Below, one piece after another: positions 47,201 through 60,909 of a stretch of DNA of 64,000 nt (positions are counted from its first letter, which is position 1; every line of letters begins with the position of its first letter). Position numbers and translations under genes: made by a program. Origin of the DNA: Chrysomallon squamiferum (taxonomy: Eukaryota; Animalia; Mollusca); NCBI GenBank assembly GCA_012295275.1, contig CM022670.1:33790001-33854000 (forward strand), read 5' to 3'. The notes under the pieces were generated by a model that saw only the letters and a list, made by a program, of their open reading frames with translations, was not told where the DNA came from and searched no databases.

Positions 47201-47566
47201 TGGAGATATGTTTACTAATATTTGTATAATTCTGGATGCTCTGTAATGGAGATATGTTTACCAATATTTGCATAATTCTGGATGCTCTGTATTGGATATA
47301 TGTTTACCAATATTTGCATAATTCTGGATGCTCTGTACCAGAGATATGTTTACCAATATTTGCATAATTCTGGATGCTCTGTATTGGAGTTATGTTTACC
47401 AATATTTACATAATTCTGGAAGCTCTATGTTGGAGTTATGTTTACCAATACTTGCATAATTCTGGATGCTCTGAGTTGGAGTTATGTTTACTAATATTTG
47501 CATAATTCTGGATGCTCTGAGTTGGAGTTATGTTTACTAATATTTGCATAATTCTGGATGCTCTGT
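47201..47566. repeat. Minisatellite, 8 x 46 bp
   Basis: Unit tggag(a/t)tatgtttac(c/t)aatatttgcataattctggatgctctgNNN starts at 47201, 47247, 47293, 47339, 47385, 47431, 47477 and 47523. Confidence 0.95.
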
Positions 47567-47753
47567 TTATTTTAACCACTGTTTACCTAATTAACAGTTA
47601 ATTTGATGCAGAAATATGGATTTATTTGTTGGTAAAACTGTTGAAGATGCAAATTAGACATAAGTTTCTTTCAGTCAGATTTGTGTTCATATTAGGTCTG
47701 AATTTTTGTAATCTAAGAACTATATTTAAAAAAATTAAAAATTAAAACAATGT

Positions 47754-48200
47754 GTATAAATTATCAGTGTAACAAAATTGACCAAAGTCCACATTTATCA
47801 CTGAAATAAGCACCACTGTATTTGTTATGAACTGTACTTTGTTGAACACAAGGAACTGTCTGTGTTTAAAAAATGAAAAAATAAAAAAATAAAACAAAAT
47901 AAAAGAGAAAGAAGTGGGTATAAATTATCATTGTAGGAAAAGATTTACCAGTGATCATGTTCATATTATTTATCACTGGAATAGGCACCAATATAGGCAC
48001 CAATGAATTGATACTTTTTCAAAGACTGGGAATTGTACGTGTAAAAAGGAAACAGAAAAATTTGGTATAAATTATCAAAAGTATAGATTCACCAGCATTT
48101 GTATTCATATTATTTATCACTGTTATAGGCACATATATATTTGTTATGAATCGATACCTTTTCAAAGTAAAGGAACTGTACATGTAACCATTGAAAAAAA
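47754..48200. repeat. Three diverged ~150-bp tandem copies
   Basis: gtataaattatca..atttatcactg..ata(a/g)gcac..atgaa..ggaa(c/t)tgt recurs at ~47754, ~47918 and ~48065. Confidence 0.75.
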
Positions 48201-48285
48201 AAAATTTAAAAGATCTGTAATAAAAAGTAAGAATAATCAGTTTTCCTTGCCCTTTAAACATCAAAACTAAAAGAAAACCAAAGCA

Positions 48286-51200
48286 TTATGGTAACAGTGG
48301 CAGCTCCTCAACAGTTCTGGGCTGAACCTCTTCTTCCTTGACTGTTTTCACAATAAATTTTCTCTGTGCAGCATTGTCACTTTCTACACTTCTTTCATTT
48401 ATTGTTGACAAAGATGCATTAGCTGATTTTGGAATATGCTGATGAGTTCTCTGTAGTACACCATATCTCTCTGGAAAGATAAATCTCTGTTGTGGTCTAT
48501 GTGTGGTTTTTGGCTGTGGGGTACGGGGAGCATATTTGTGCACTGCTGGAAAAAAGACATGGGATGTGAATGCTGATATGGTATGGTAAGGAAATTGGGA
48601 ACCCTCATTTTCTGTTGATATCATTCTGTGAAATTTGGTTTCTGCTTCAGTAAAAACTGGAGACAGCTGTGTTGAGATGGGCTGAAAAAAAAAAAAAAAA
48701 TGCAATATTTATTACATCAAATATTATTATAAAATGTGCCTGCATGATTATATAAAATCTGTACTTCATTTTTAATGGGGTTTTTTTTGCCTCTATAGAT
48801 TAACATTAATTGCTTACAAATCAACATGGGATACTTTAATTCACAAATTAAACAGCTACATTAGCTTTATGAAAATAATCTGATCAACAAGATCCACGAT
48901 TTCTGAAAAACAGAAAGCATCATCATTGGAAGATATAATATTCAAGACAAAAACATCTTCATTAATAGAAATAAAAAGAAAAAATAACTGCTATCCACAT
49001 TATAAATAGATGAGGGTGAATATTTTTTATTACAAATCCTGAGAAGAAAATAACTACATTAATTTTTATTAGCTGTAAGAGATCTTTTGCAGGCACCTTC
49101 TCACAGATGGGAAAACAGACAACATATATATGGTAAATATAGAGCAATATGATTTATCACTTGAAATACATACTGGAGGATTCTTTCCAGTTGGCAACTG
49201 CCGCAAAATTTCTTTTACTTCATAGCTTTGCTCCAGCTCCTGCAAAAAATAAATGACTGAATAAATAAACAAGTAGAATGGATTATTAGAATACACACTT
49301 TTTAGGTATCTGAAGGAGAAAATGGTTCATTTATGACAGAGAAAGTGCATGTGACACAGAATTTGTTTCAACTTCTTAGCTTTGCTCAAGTTACTGCAAA
49401 AAAAAAAAACAATAAACAAATAACATATGTAAGTAAAAATAATAATAATAATAACAGCACTAAACAAATAACATATGTAAGTAAAAATAATAATAATAAT
49501 AACAACAATAACAAAAACAACAACAACAACATTATTAATAATAATAATATAAATTATACAATTTTTGGAAGGTTAAAAGATACACTTGTGGCACAGTTCA
49601 AAGGAAGACAAACATGTAAGATAAAGGAATATCACATTAATTTCTGAGAAATATATTGTAAGACAACTGACAAATTTTAATGCAATTAATCAAAACTATA
49701 TCCTCTCTAAAATCAATTGTCCATATCTTTAGCAGTTTGTAAGGATACAATAAGCACTAAAATATTGCTTAAAAATTCAATATAAAATGCAGAATCTGTA
49801 TAATTTTAATAAATGGTCTGTAGGATTATAAGTATGAATTATTACACATGACTGACAATTATTATTTTGCTACCTGAACACAAACTAGATATCTTTATAA
49901 CAAGAAAAAGCAGTTTTCCTGAAATCATTTTATTCATTTTTAAATGCAAAATAAAGAAAAATATGATCATTGAAAATACCACTGATCTGATTCCCAGTTA
50001 TCAGAATATTACAAGCTATAATCATTATAAACAACTTCTCAAATGAAATTTTGTGACTGTTCTTGCCAGCTGGAATAACATTTTGTCCATTATATTTTCT
50101 GTGACTGACATAAGATATGACACAAAGAGAGAAGATATGAAGATATATAACAAACCTCAAGTGCTTCCCGACAAAATAAAAGCCTGACAGAAGACAGAAT
50201 GTCTTCCTCTTCATTTTTGTCACTGGTATCAGGATTCTTGGGCATTTGGCTGCTCTTCTTATTTTGCTTACTCCCTCTGAATCTCAAACAAGAACAACAG
50301 GATTCTTCATCTTCTGTGGGATTTTCTGCCTTCATCTTTGCATCAGTTTGCTGTTTAAGCAGCTGTTAAAATATTTTAAAATATGTATTTAAAATACCAA
50401 GACAAAATTAAAATATGTATATTTTTTATGTATTGTTTTTCTTTCTACATATTTTTAACATATAATCCTTAAAGAATTTAAAATGACAAGTGTATTATAT
50501 TTTGTTGAGCAACAATGTAATTAAAAAGAATAACACCCACCTTTTTATACTCTTCACAAAACATCTTTCCAATTTCAGCAGACTTTTTCCCTTTCATTGT
50601 AGCATAGGATTGTCTGTAGATCTACAAAAAATAAATATTGTAACTAGTGAAAAAAGTGAAATATTTATATTAATAAATAAACATCTATTCTCCAGTTTTA
50701 TTGACAATTCAGCTGCTTCTGTTAAAAATATAATATCATAAATAAACTGAAACATTCCCTTACATTCTGCTATCATTAAAATTCATTTTGTCTCTAAAAT
50801 TTATATCTATCAAGGAAGAGAACCCATTTTTTTAAATTTTTTTATTAAATGGTGCATCTTCCTCAATATTACTGTTTGACTGAAACTGTGGTGTTAAATC
50901 TACATTTACAGACACTCTGTGCACTGATTTGCTCTAAAAAAAAATCTAACAAAAGAAAAAATATTGTTATAAATTGTGATGGGGTAAAATGGTGAATTTT
51001 GTTTAGCCTTATTATTATTTTATTTTAATTACATTACCATCATATCTCTATGAAAGAACTCTTCCTGTAGTGTAGCAGAAGAGGGAACTACAGCTTTGAT
51101 CTGCAACAAATAAAAATAGACATTTAAAACAAATCAAGTACAAGTCTGAATTTTTGTACAATTAATAACAGGATTATATTTTGTCACATTTTAGTACACC

Positions 51201-52400
51201 TTTATATTTTATTCCAGTAAAATAACTTTCAACAATACAAAATAATTTTATGATTTATATTTTTTATGCATTTAACTAGATGGGTTTTGGGTTGTTTTTT
51301 TCATTCAAAACAATTATTTATTAAAACAATTAAATCTTGTGATATAAATATATTAAATATCAAAGTAACATTTGATAGCTACACAAAAATAACTGCATTT
51401 GTTTTGTGTGAAAAGTTTTTCAGAGGGATTAAAACAACTAAAGCAGATACAGTTTCAAAAATACTCTGATTACATTACTCACCTTAAGCATTATAATTCC
51501 CATAACAATGATGCAAAAAATGTTTAGAACTGTTAGAAGAAGACTAATGCTTCCCAAAATGGCTGCTTCAACTGACATGTTACAGCTATAGATTGGTATA
51601 TATTCATTATTTTCCAGTTTTGGACAGACTGGAGGGAATGTAAAAATGCCATTTACTAATGTGTTGTTAATTTGTGAAATATTCTGAAAAAAAAAAAACA
51701 CCTGAAATCATTATAGAATAATATAACATTCATACAGCAGATTTACATTTAAGAAGAAAAAGATTATAAAGTGAGCAAATCTTAAGAGAAAACTAAGTTT
51801 AAATGTAACCACAAAATACAATGAAAATGGCTGCTCTGCTCTTATTAGTAACAATTCTTTATTATTTAACATTTAGCTCTGTTTTGACTGTGTTTTACAA
51901 GATGACATTAATTTCATGTTGGACACCTTTACACTAAGAAATTAGGCAAATCAAAGCAAAGTCTTCCTGGGCATGTGAGCTGTGATTATTAAGTTTACAA
52001 ACTGTTTAACAACAGAACATCTTATCTGACCAATATTTACCTGACTATTGGTGATACTGTCAGAAACATGAGGTGGAACAAAGCCAACAAGGATTGCATA
52101 GGCCCATAACATACCCTAAGAACAAAAAATATTGGTAACTGTTTTAAATTTGTTGAAAATTACATGTCCGTTTGATGGGGTTTTATTACACAATAAAAAA
52201 ATGGAAAGAAAATGTATCTGATTTATGACATTTAACAATTTTAATTCTTTCATACATGTAAATATATATTTTTACTAGAAGTATTTTTCAGTGTGAAACA
52301 ACATTTTCATATGAGCATCATTCATGTATTTTATATTTAGTGTTTTACCATGTTTTCTTCATTAGTTTTTTAGTTCTTCCCAGCTGATCTAAGGAAACAC

Positions 52401-52435
<35 letters not shown>

Positions 52436-55400
52436 CACACAGACATACACACACATATCACTGTTTACAGAAATATTTATGTTGATTCTTTATGATTAAT
52501 TATACTTACTGCATTGACGGCAGGAGGTAACAGTGAGGCAGAGATTGCCACACCTACAAGAGATCCTGCATTACCTCCCAGAACTGACAGAGCCACCCCT
52601 GCTCCTGATGGTAAAGCAATAAGTGCACCAGACCAAAGTCTTCTCAACTGCCCTCTGTGAACAAACATTTACATGTACAATCCACCAATACACACATGGT
52701 TTTTATTTTAGGAATCTTGACTATATAATATTTTATTGCTCAAAATATAAGGATATATTAATATTAGAAAAATATATTTTTTTCTTTGTGTTATTAATAT
52801 ATTTTTAATTTTCAATGAATATCTGATACATGAAACATCAATTTAATTATTTAAAAACTATTTTCTATTGAAATAAATAAATAGATAAAAATTAAAATCT
52901 AAAAATAAAAACATTCTGAACTATCACCTTGTAGACATTTCACTGGTTGGCCATGCTACAGTACTTCCCCATATAGCTCCCTTCAAACCTACAGCTCCAG
53001 TCACCAAGCCAAAGAGAAAACCTACAAGTGTAACATCAAAATGTTATTCAACGTACTAGTTATTAACTTTGATATAAATATCACTCAGCATACAGCCTAT
53101 TAAAACATGATAAAAATAAATATAGCAAAATATTTACTAATAAAAAATAACTGACAGAAAAGCTGAATCATTAAATCAAGAATAATTTACTTTCAAAAGC
53201 CTGGAATATCTTTTAACCAAAATGTATCATTGACAGCATGAACCAACCATTTTAACACAACCTGATGATTGTTTTACTTACTAATAATAAATTTTCTTTT
53301 TTAACAAAATAAGAAACCTGGAAAATACATAGAGGCTGACAATGTCCCTTACATCATCAGTCTTCTACTAAATATGTGTTTTTAAAATCTCAGTTCATGA
53401 ATGAATGAAGGGATAAATGAATAAATAAATGAAAATTTGAAAACCTATTATTTTAATATTAACAGATATAAGGTGTTAACTGTATTGCTGATGTTGTTGG
53501 AGAGAAACTGATTAATAGCTAGCACTTTTTTCAATACAACATATCTAATAATACACTTGTGGAGACCAATAAGGATCGATCTTGCATTCTATCATGCACA
53601 AGGGCACCAACTTACCAATAACAACACAGATACCAAGACCAATTAATTCTGACTTCAAGCCAAGATTTCTCAGTTCAGTGTTATTGATTCTGCTTCCAAA
53701 TACACCAGCGAGAATCGGCCCCTGTGTTAAACACAAGTGAATATGTAAATTTACTTTCCTACCTTTTTGTAAATAGTAATGCATATTGTACTTCAAAAAC
53801 ATATAAATTTTCACACATAGCAGATTTTTTTTTATGTTCTAAATGTAAATATGTAAATAAGGAAATAAATTATATAAATTTATTAAATAAATTATATAAA
53901 TTTATTAAATAAATTCCATGTTAATATATACGTTTTAAAAAAAAAAAAAAAAATCACTAATGAGCAAGTTTAATGTGTAATTATATATTGATTTTTAACA
54001 AATCAAACAAAATATATGATTATATCTTTAAATTAACATCAGATTATATTCAAACAAATCTAATACTTTCTTTAATTTCTTTAAAAACTTTTCAAAATTA
54101 AAATGGTGAAGTTATTGAGATGGAGTGTGAACAGCAACACTTAATATACAGTTATTATAATTAAATTTTAAAAAGCAAAAATTGAAAAATAATTTTATTA
54201 AAGCTATATCAACAAAGCTGTGTAAATACTTTGCATTATGAACCTGAAAAATGATCATGTTCAATTCTTAAACAATGAGAAAAATAAAACAAAACAGAAT
54301 AAGAAAGAAAAATAATAATAAAAAGAAAGAATAAATACATAAATAATAAAACAACAGAAACACATTATTCATAAAATGGTACTAAAATAAACGACAACAA
54401 ACTTTCATACTTGCTCTGTGAATATATGGTCTGAAATACATCAGTAATAGAAAATGTAATTTTGTTAATTATTACTTTATATTTTCATATAGTTTGTATG
54501 AAATATTAAATTTACATATAAAATTATAAAATTAAAATAAACCATTTATGCCCAGCAGCATGAACAAAAATAAATTTACAAATAATAATTTTAAAAAAAT
54601 CCAGTGGTTGTACAACAAGCCAGTCATAAATATATACCAAAATTACTGAATTTGGGGTAAATAAAAAAGTTTGATACCCAAAACTCTGTTGCTGAGATAC
54701 TGATTGAAAATGTTAAAGCAAATTAGTTTAGTTAAATTATTTAAAAGAACTGGCATGATTGATATATTATTAAACATCCTTATAATAATGCTTATTTTAA
54801 AACTAAAAATTCTGCTGTCAGTAACAATACTAAAAAGGTGATACATACAGTCAGTCACACAAATAGATTTTAAACACTGAATAACATTTTTACTTATTAG
54901 TTAACATAAATTGATTTTACCCTTTATTATTATTATTTAGTTGTTACTGGCACACACACACACAGAAATAAATAATACTAATAATACTAATAATAACAAT
55001 AATAAAAAAATTTTAAAATTAAAAATTAAAATGTAAATAAATCTATAAATATTGTTAAGTATGAAAAATATCTGAAATCACTGAACATATGCAGTAACAT
55101 TTTAATACAACATTCTATCATCTAAGATAAAAATATAAAAACAACAGCAACAAAAAAAATGCACAATTATCACCACACAAAATAATGACAAAACAAAATG
55201 AGTGTCTCTAGCATTTTAAACTACAATTGTGCTGCTGGTTTCCAACTCTGTGAGTAACTACATTTATAAAAAAAATTAAAATAAATAAAACAGTCTAATT
55301 AGGTGTGTGACAGTAAAACCATTGCATCAATTTCAGTGACATTATTAACTGCTGCTGGTAAAACCAGGGTTGGGAATACTGTTAAAACAAAACAAAGAGG

Positions 55401-58400
55401 AATGAAAATAAACCTACCATAAGTGGAGATATCAGCATGCTAGCCACAAGCACCACTGAACTGTTCTCTGCTAGCCCCATTCCAGCTATTAAACTAAAAC
55501 AATCAAAAACAAAATACCACATGAAAATTAGTACAAGAAAAATCATATATTCATTTTTCAATTTTGAAGCAAAACCAAAGATAAATATTTTTCAAGTGAT
55601 CTACAGCATGAAAATCTGTATAAACTCCAAAAGTCAGTTGAGCAAAATATGTTTATTTTTAAATTTCAGAGAAAAATCAAAGTGAAATTTTATTCACGTG
55701 ATCTTTAATTTCAAAATCAATATAAAATATACTGAGTTCTTAGAGCAACTATAATGTGGGCACTTATATACATTCATTACCCACAGTCACATATTTGGAT
55801 AATTGTAATAAATGCCTAAAGATGAAAACAGAAATAATTAATGCTGCTATTTTGTTTTGAGCGTAACTGCAGATGTTTCTAATTACTAAATGTTCATTAG
55901 AATTATATCTGTTTTACCTTGCTAAAATTATAAGCATCAGGTAATCAAAGGTAAACTGTGCATTGCTTTGTACTGATTCTATCACCTGAAAATGATATTT
56001 CAAAAACCCAGTAAAACCCACTTTTGCATTTCAATATCGTCTCTTATTATCTTCTCAATTTCTTTATTTAAAATAATTATATATTTATTTTATTTTTTCA
56101 TAATGTTTGAAACACAATATAAGCAATATTATAATTCAGTGCATTTCATCTCAATTCATTCACTTTTGAAGTTCTGCTCTTTTTTTATTGCTTTTTTTAT
56201 TTTCAAACTAATAATTTGTTTATGATTATCTAATAACCTCTTTATAAAAATCTGATATATAACATAATTATTAATCCATTTTGAATATGAAACACTAATT
56301 TAGCAGTGTTAATGAATTAGTTCTTTATAGTAAAATAATAATTAGAATAATCACCTGGCAAACAACCAAACGAGACTTGATTGATTTCTGAAATTCACTT
56401 TTGTTTTCTTCTGCCAATACTTCTAAATCACTGCAAATAAAACACAGCATAGGAAACACCTATGTACTTTAAAAGAAAACAAAAGAAAAAAAGGTTAAAG
56501 AAAATGGAAATAAAATTCTTAAAGTCTTAGTTTGTGTGTCAGCAATTACAAATATTAATTTTAAACCTTATTATATTAGTTTTTTTTAAATAATAATTTT
56601 AAATTTTTTGAATTGTTTGAATTGTTTTCAACATGCACTAATTTATACATATTATTTTAACCCAGTTCAAAAGAGAGCTAAGAATTCTGAAAATATAACT
56701 GACTAGTGGTACATTTTCTCATGTTGAGTCTGCAAAAAACCTAATGTATGTGCATTTCTCTAACTGGTGCAGTCTACTATTAGTTTCAGAACAAAACTTA
56801 CACTGAAGGTCTATTCAAATCATAATCTTCATCTTTTTCAGTTTCTGCTTCCTTAACTATGTTGACTGAACTTGGAAAAACACTGAAAGAAAGTCTGAGA
56901 ATTATTCTTCAATGGTGACAATATCGCAGAATGGATATAAATAACAAGACATCTTGATTAGAAGGGCATCATGATTTGGTTTGTCAGAAATTTTACAGAA
57001 AAAAATAAAACCCAAATATAAATTCCTAATAAACAAATGTTGGATTTTAAAAAAAAAAGTATTTTAAATCAACTGACAACACACAATGGTCACAAACCAC
57101 ACAATGTAAATGAACAGAATTTTATTTTTCCCTTTGCCAAAGTGTTCTCCCCTCTTGTGCCAGGTTTTAGGAAGACTGTTGTCCCAGCTACCCTCCTGAG
57201 TTCTATGACCACATAACACAGTGTAATGAAACAGACCGATAGTAATAAACAAACTGGATCCCATTTTTTAAACAAATTATTTTTTTAAACTAATATGAAA
57301 ACTACATTGGGCAAAATTATAAAACTTCAAACTGAACTGAAAAATTTAGATAACTTTCTGATTCATGCTGTATCAAAATTTATGAAATGTATCATTTAAT
57401 AAAATCTCTTATAACAATCCTTGGTGCATATTATAACTATGGAAGAAGTCTATGCTTTTTTAAAATCCTTGAAATATGCTAGGTAACAGAATCCCTTGCA
57501 ACATTAAAAGTAGTAATTTCTTTGGTGATGATGATGATGATGTTGATGACGCATTAAAATCCTTGGCATAAGCTACATAACAAAAGCATTATCTTTATTA
57601 CAATCGTTGCTGTATGAAAATGCTTTCAGGGATCTTAAAACAGCAGAGACTTTTGTTTTATAGCATGTTTCAAGGATGAAGAATGTTAAAACAAACATCC
57701 ATTCATTTGTTTTGTTATAAAACTAACCAGAGTGATGATCCAGCAATTCGTCCAACCCCAACTTTTGTCAGAGCCTCCAGGATCTGTTCACAGCGCTTAC
57801 CAGACTCCTGGATGAAAGTCACCTGTGAAATTAAAACAAAGTAACAGACAAAAATACTGAATGATAACCAATGGTTTATATTTGTAACAAATATTTACAT
57901 AATGACAATTTTCCTGATGCAGCTGAAAATGCTAAAATATATGATAATTTTATAGCAAATGCAATGGTGTGGATGATGAACACTGATTTGGTGGCAGACT
58001 TCTTGCTGTGGAAATGGGTCTTTGTAATTTTATTAACATCATGATTTCCCACATTTGGAAGGTCCAGAAAACCTGGCTGAAACAGTTAACCCTAGATTCC
58101 TTCTTTAAAAATGTTAAAAAAGATCCCATGGACAAACTGCTTCTAAAAAAGGTTTTGACAGATGACTCCCTCTACCACCTCTTCTCAGTAATTCTCTCCT
58201 CCACTTCCCTCTGCCTCTTGACATGCATGATGAACAATATTAAAATAAGACAAAGAAAAGTAGGATTTTTTCAAAAAATATTTTTTGTTCAAATTTATTA
58301 TTAATTATTACAAATATTCTTTATTTCAGGAGTTAAATGTATACTTTCACACATTTGTTTTGCACTTTTTTTTTACAGTTTTATGTTATTTTGTTTTCAT

Positions 58401-60394
58401 TGTTAAGTGAGAAAGAAGTTACTCCTATTTATATGTATTTCAGTGATTGCTTTAACAAATGAACACTATAAATAGAAATTGAGGTGCTAAAGCCAATTAG
58501 ATTCGTTAAAACAATTTATATTTTAAGTATTTTAGAGATGTATATTGTCTAAAAAATTCTCTTACCAAACTGCATGTTAGTAATTATTTTTGTCCTTTGC
58601 AATTAAAACAGTTCATATTTCAAGGCAGCTTAGTTTGTAAATAACTTAGGACTATGTTCATATTTTATAATAAATGTTGATGGTCCATTATTTGAAAACC
58701 TTTTGTGTATATAAAACATTACTTGCATTTATTGTGTACAGATTTATTTAATATTGCAGATATATTACAAATTTTACTGAATGCTTTTCTTACAAATAAA
58801 CCATGTAAGCTGTATAAAATCAGTGTCTGAGGTTTTTTAATAGTGGACAGTTGACCAGAATTAAAAATATTAAACATAAATGTAATGTATAGGTTTCAAT
58901 TTATATTTCAAATATTTTACAGAAAATTTCTTTAATTTTATTATTTGTATTTACAGATTGTAAAATCTAATTGTATGAGTAAAGTTATTTAACAAATACA
59001 TTAATGTTACTGTCTATAAATAAGCATTGCAGAAATTTCTTAACTATGGAAAAAAAAAAGTTTAAAACATCAGTGTTTAAAAAACAATATTTTAAATCAA
59101 AAAGTGAATTACCTGGTGTAAAGAGTTGTCATATGTCTTCTGCCACACTGCGTTCTTGACATTCAGTTGTGTCAGGGTATCAATAACATCCTGAAGGGTG
59201 TTAAGAAATATCTGTTAAAATGTATCAGTGATGATACAAACAGTCTAAGCATATCAAAGGTTCAAATGTACAATTTTGTGCAGCTCCAAGTATACCTTTG
59301 GGGTTACAAATATAGAGCATAATACTAATTTTGCATGCTCCCAAGTATATTACTGGAGTTACAAATATATAGCTTAAACATATTTTGTTTACTTTAAAAC
59401 AGAACTTTTGTGTTGAAAATGTACAAAATCTTTATTTTTAATTTATTGTTTTATTTCTGTTTTTTTCTTTTTTAAACAGTGATGAGGGGATAATTAATAC
59501 AATTTTTTTTTCTAACCTGTTTGAGTGAATGAACTGAAAGAAAACGTTTCAAGTCTGGTTCTTGTGCTGCTGATATACTGGGTTGTTCTCCACTATTATC
59601 AGGGTTGTTATTCGTAGTCACCTCACTTTCTCCACTGCTAGTGCCAGTTTTAACATCTTCACAACTTGCAATTCCACTGTTGCCGTTTGAAGCTGTTGTT
59701 TGCCTTTCTGTAGCATTATGAAGTAGAAATACATTTACGTCTCTTACATGGTTGTCAGAATCTGGAGTTTCTGGGACAGCATCCGTTTCACAGTCATTGT
59801 CTAAAATTAAAAATATATAGAACTTTATATATGTGTATGTGTGTGTGTGGTTATTTTGTAAAATGGATTCAATTAATAATTTCATTTATCTAATATTACT
59901 CTCAAATTAATTTTGTTTTAGTTTCATTTACCTGAATTATTTGTCACTGCATCATCATCATCATCATTATTATTATTATTAAAGGCCTATTAAAATAGTA
60001 TATGACATAAAACCAATCTACATTATAAAATTTGCAAAATTTATTAACTTTAGGTTTAAATTAAAATGATCGTAACATTAATTTAATATTATTTTTTGTG
60101 TTCATCCTTTCTCCCTGTCTCTTTCATGCTTGCACTTCCAATTAATCAGCGAGATGTCATGTAACAAAACTAAAGAAAGAAAGAAGAAGTAATAATAACA
60201 ATTAAAATATTGTCAACAACGTCAATTATTATATTAATCAGAACTCATGTACTTTCGATTTATAAATTACCCTCGTTGTTGTCATTATTGTGACGATCGG
60301 TTTCATTATATTTCTGTTCTGGTGGTCCCTGTTGAGTTTCGTTAATAACATCTTCGTTTGTGACATACACAACAAACAAAACATAACCTGACAT
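48286..60394 (-). CDS. DUF389 (TIGR00341-like) multi-pass membrane protein of unknown function, 18 coding exons, ~771 aa
   Basis: Exons (minus) 60394-60271, 59800-59517, 59190-59113, 57822-57728, 56882-56802, 56430-56355, 55985-55918, 55493-55418, 53721-53616, 53021-52928, 52654-52510, 52115-52041, 51683-51483, 51100-51038, 50621-50541, 50362-50156, 49239-49174, 48681-48286 (2316 nt, in frame). Family motifs: FTFDYL..ASLIAGMGL.ENSSVVLVASMLISPLMGPILA, WPTSEMSTRG, ALPSGAGVALS..GSLVGVAISASLLPPAVNAG, SLLLTVLNIFCI. The terminal exons are less certain. Confidence 0.88.
49070..49140 (-). mobile_element. Degenerate SINE core fragment
   Basis: agctgtaagagatcttttgcaggcaccttctcacagatggga matches the same core as the 9020 copy. 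Confidence 0.4.
49352..49393 (-). pseudogene. Degenerate duplicate (pseudo-exon) of DUF389-gene exon 17
   Basis: ttttgcag|TAACTTGAGCAAAGCTAAGAAGTTGAAACAAATTCTGTGTCA versus the real exon ttttgcag|GAGCTGGAGCAAAGCTATGAAGTAAAAGAAATTTTGCGGCA. Confidence 0.7.
57417..57677. repeat. Imperfect inverted repeat (~58-bp arms, ~150-bp spacer)
   Basis: Left arm ..agaagtctatgcttttttaaaatccttgaaa versus reverse complement of the right arm ..aaaagtctctgctgttttaagatccctgaaa. Confidence 0.7.
57990..58200 (+). mobile_element. Degenerate Tigger/pogo transposase C-terminal fragment in a DUF389 intron
   Basis: The ORF 58008-58304 reads NFINIMISHIWKVQKTWLKQLTLDSFFK. This resembles the Tigger transposase tail (N.MSHFRKVLK..QKQ.TLD.FF), including a PIP-box QxxLxxFF. 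Confidence 0.55.
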
Positions 60395-60848
60395 ATTAAA
60401 TATAATGTGAAACCTGCTTGTACAAAATACAGGAAGTAGAATTATTTTCTTTTTCTCGGCTGATTTCGTAATCCTTCGCCGTTTTCAGTTTCTTTACAGG
60501 TTTTAGGCAGATGTTGTGTCTAATTGTCTAGGTTTTTTTTCTTTTTTCCGTTATTCTTTACAATGATCTAACTAACTAACTAAACTATTAAATTCACTGA
60601 GATTTATTTTAATTCATAACATAGTAACAACTAACATATGCAATCTTTTTTTTATTCATTTAGAATTATGAAGTATAAACACACATGCAATTACAAGTAC
60701 TCGAAACTAAATACAATAAATAAATAAATAAATAAAAATCTATTAATCAATAAAATAAAATTAATTAGTCAAAAAGGGACAGACCGTTGACAACTAAAAG
60801 GGAGGACTTCAAAATGTTTTATCCGCTTTATTTATTTATTTGTTGTTG

Positions 60849-60909
<61 letters not shown>

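Noticed and set aside
47201-47566. CRISPR-like regular repeat array
   Set aside because: Units are contiguous with no unique spacers, there are no cas genes and the context is eukaryotic. It is a minisatellite.
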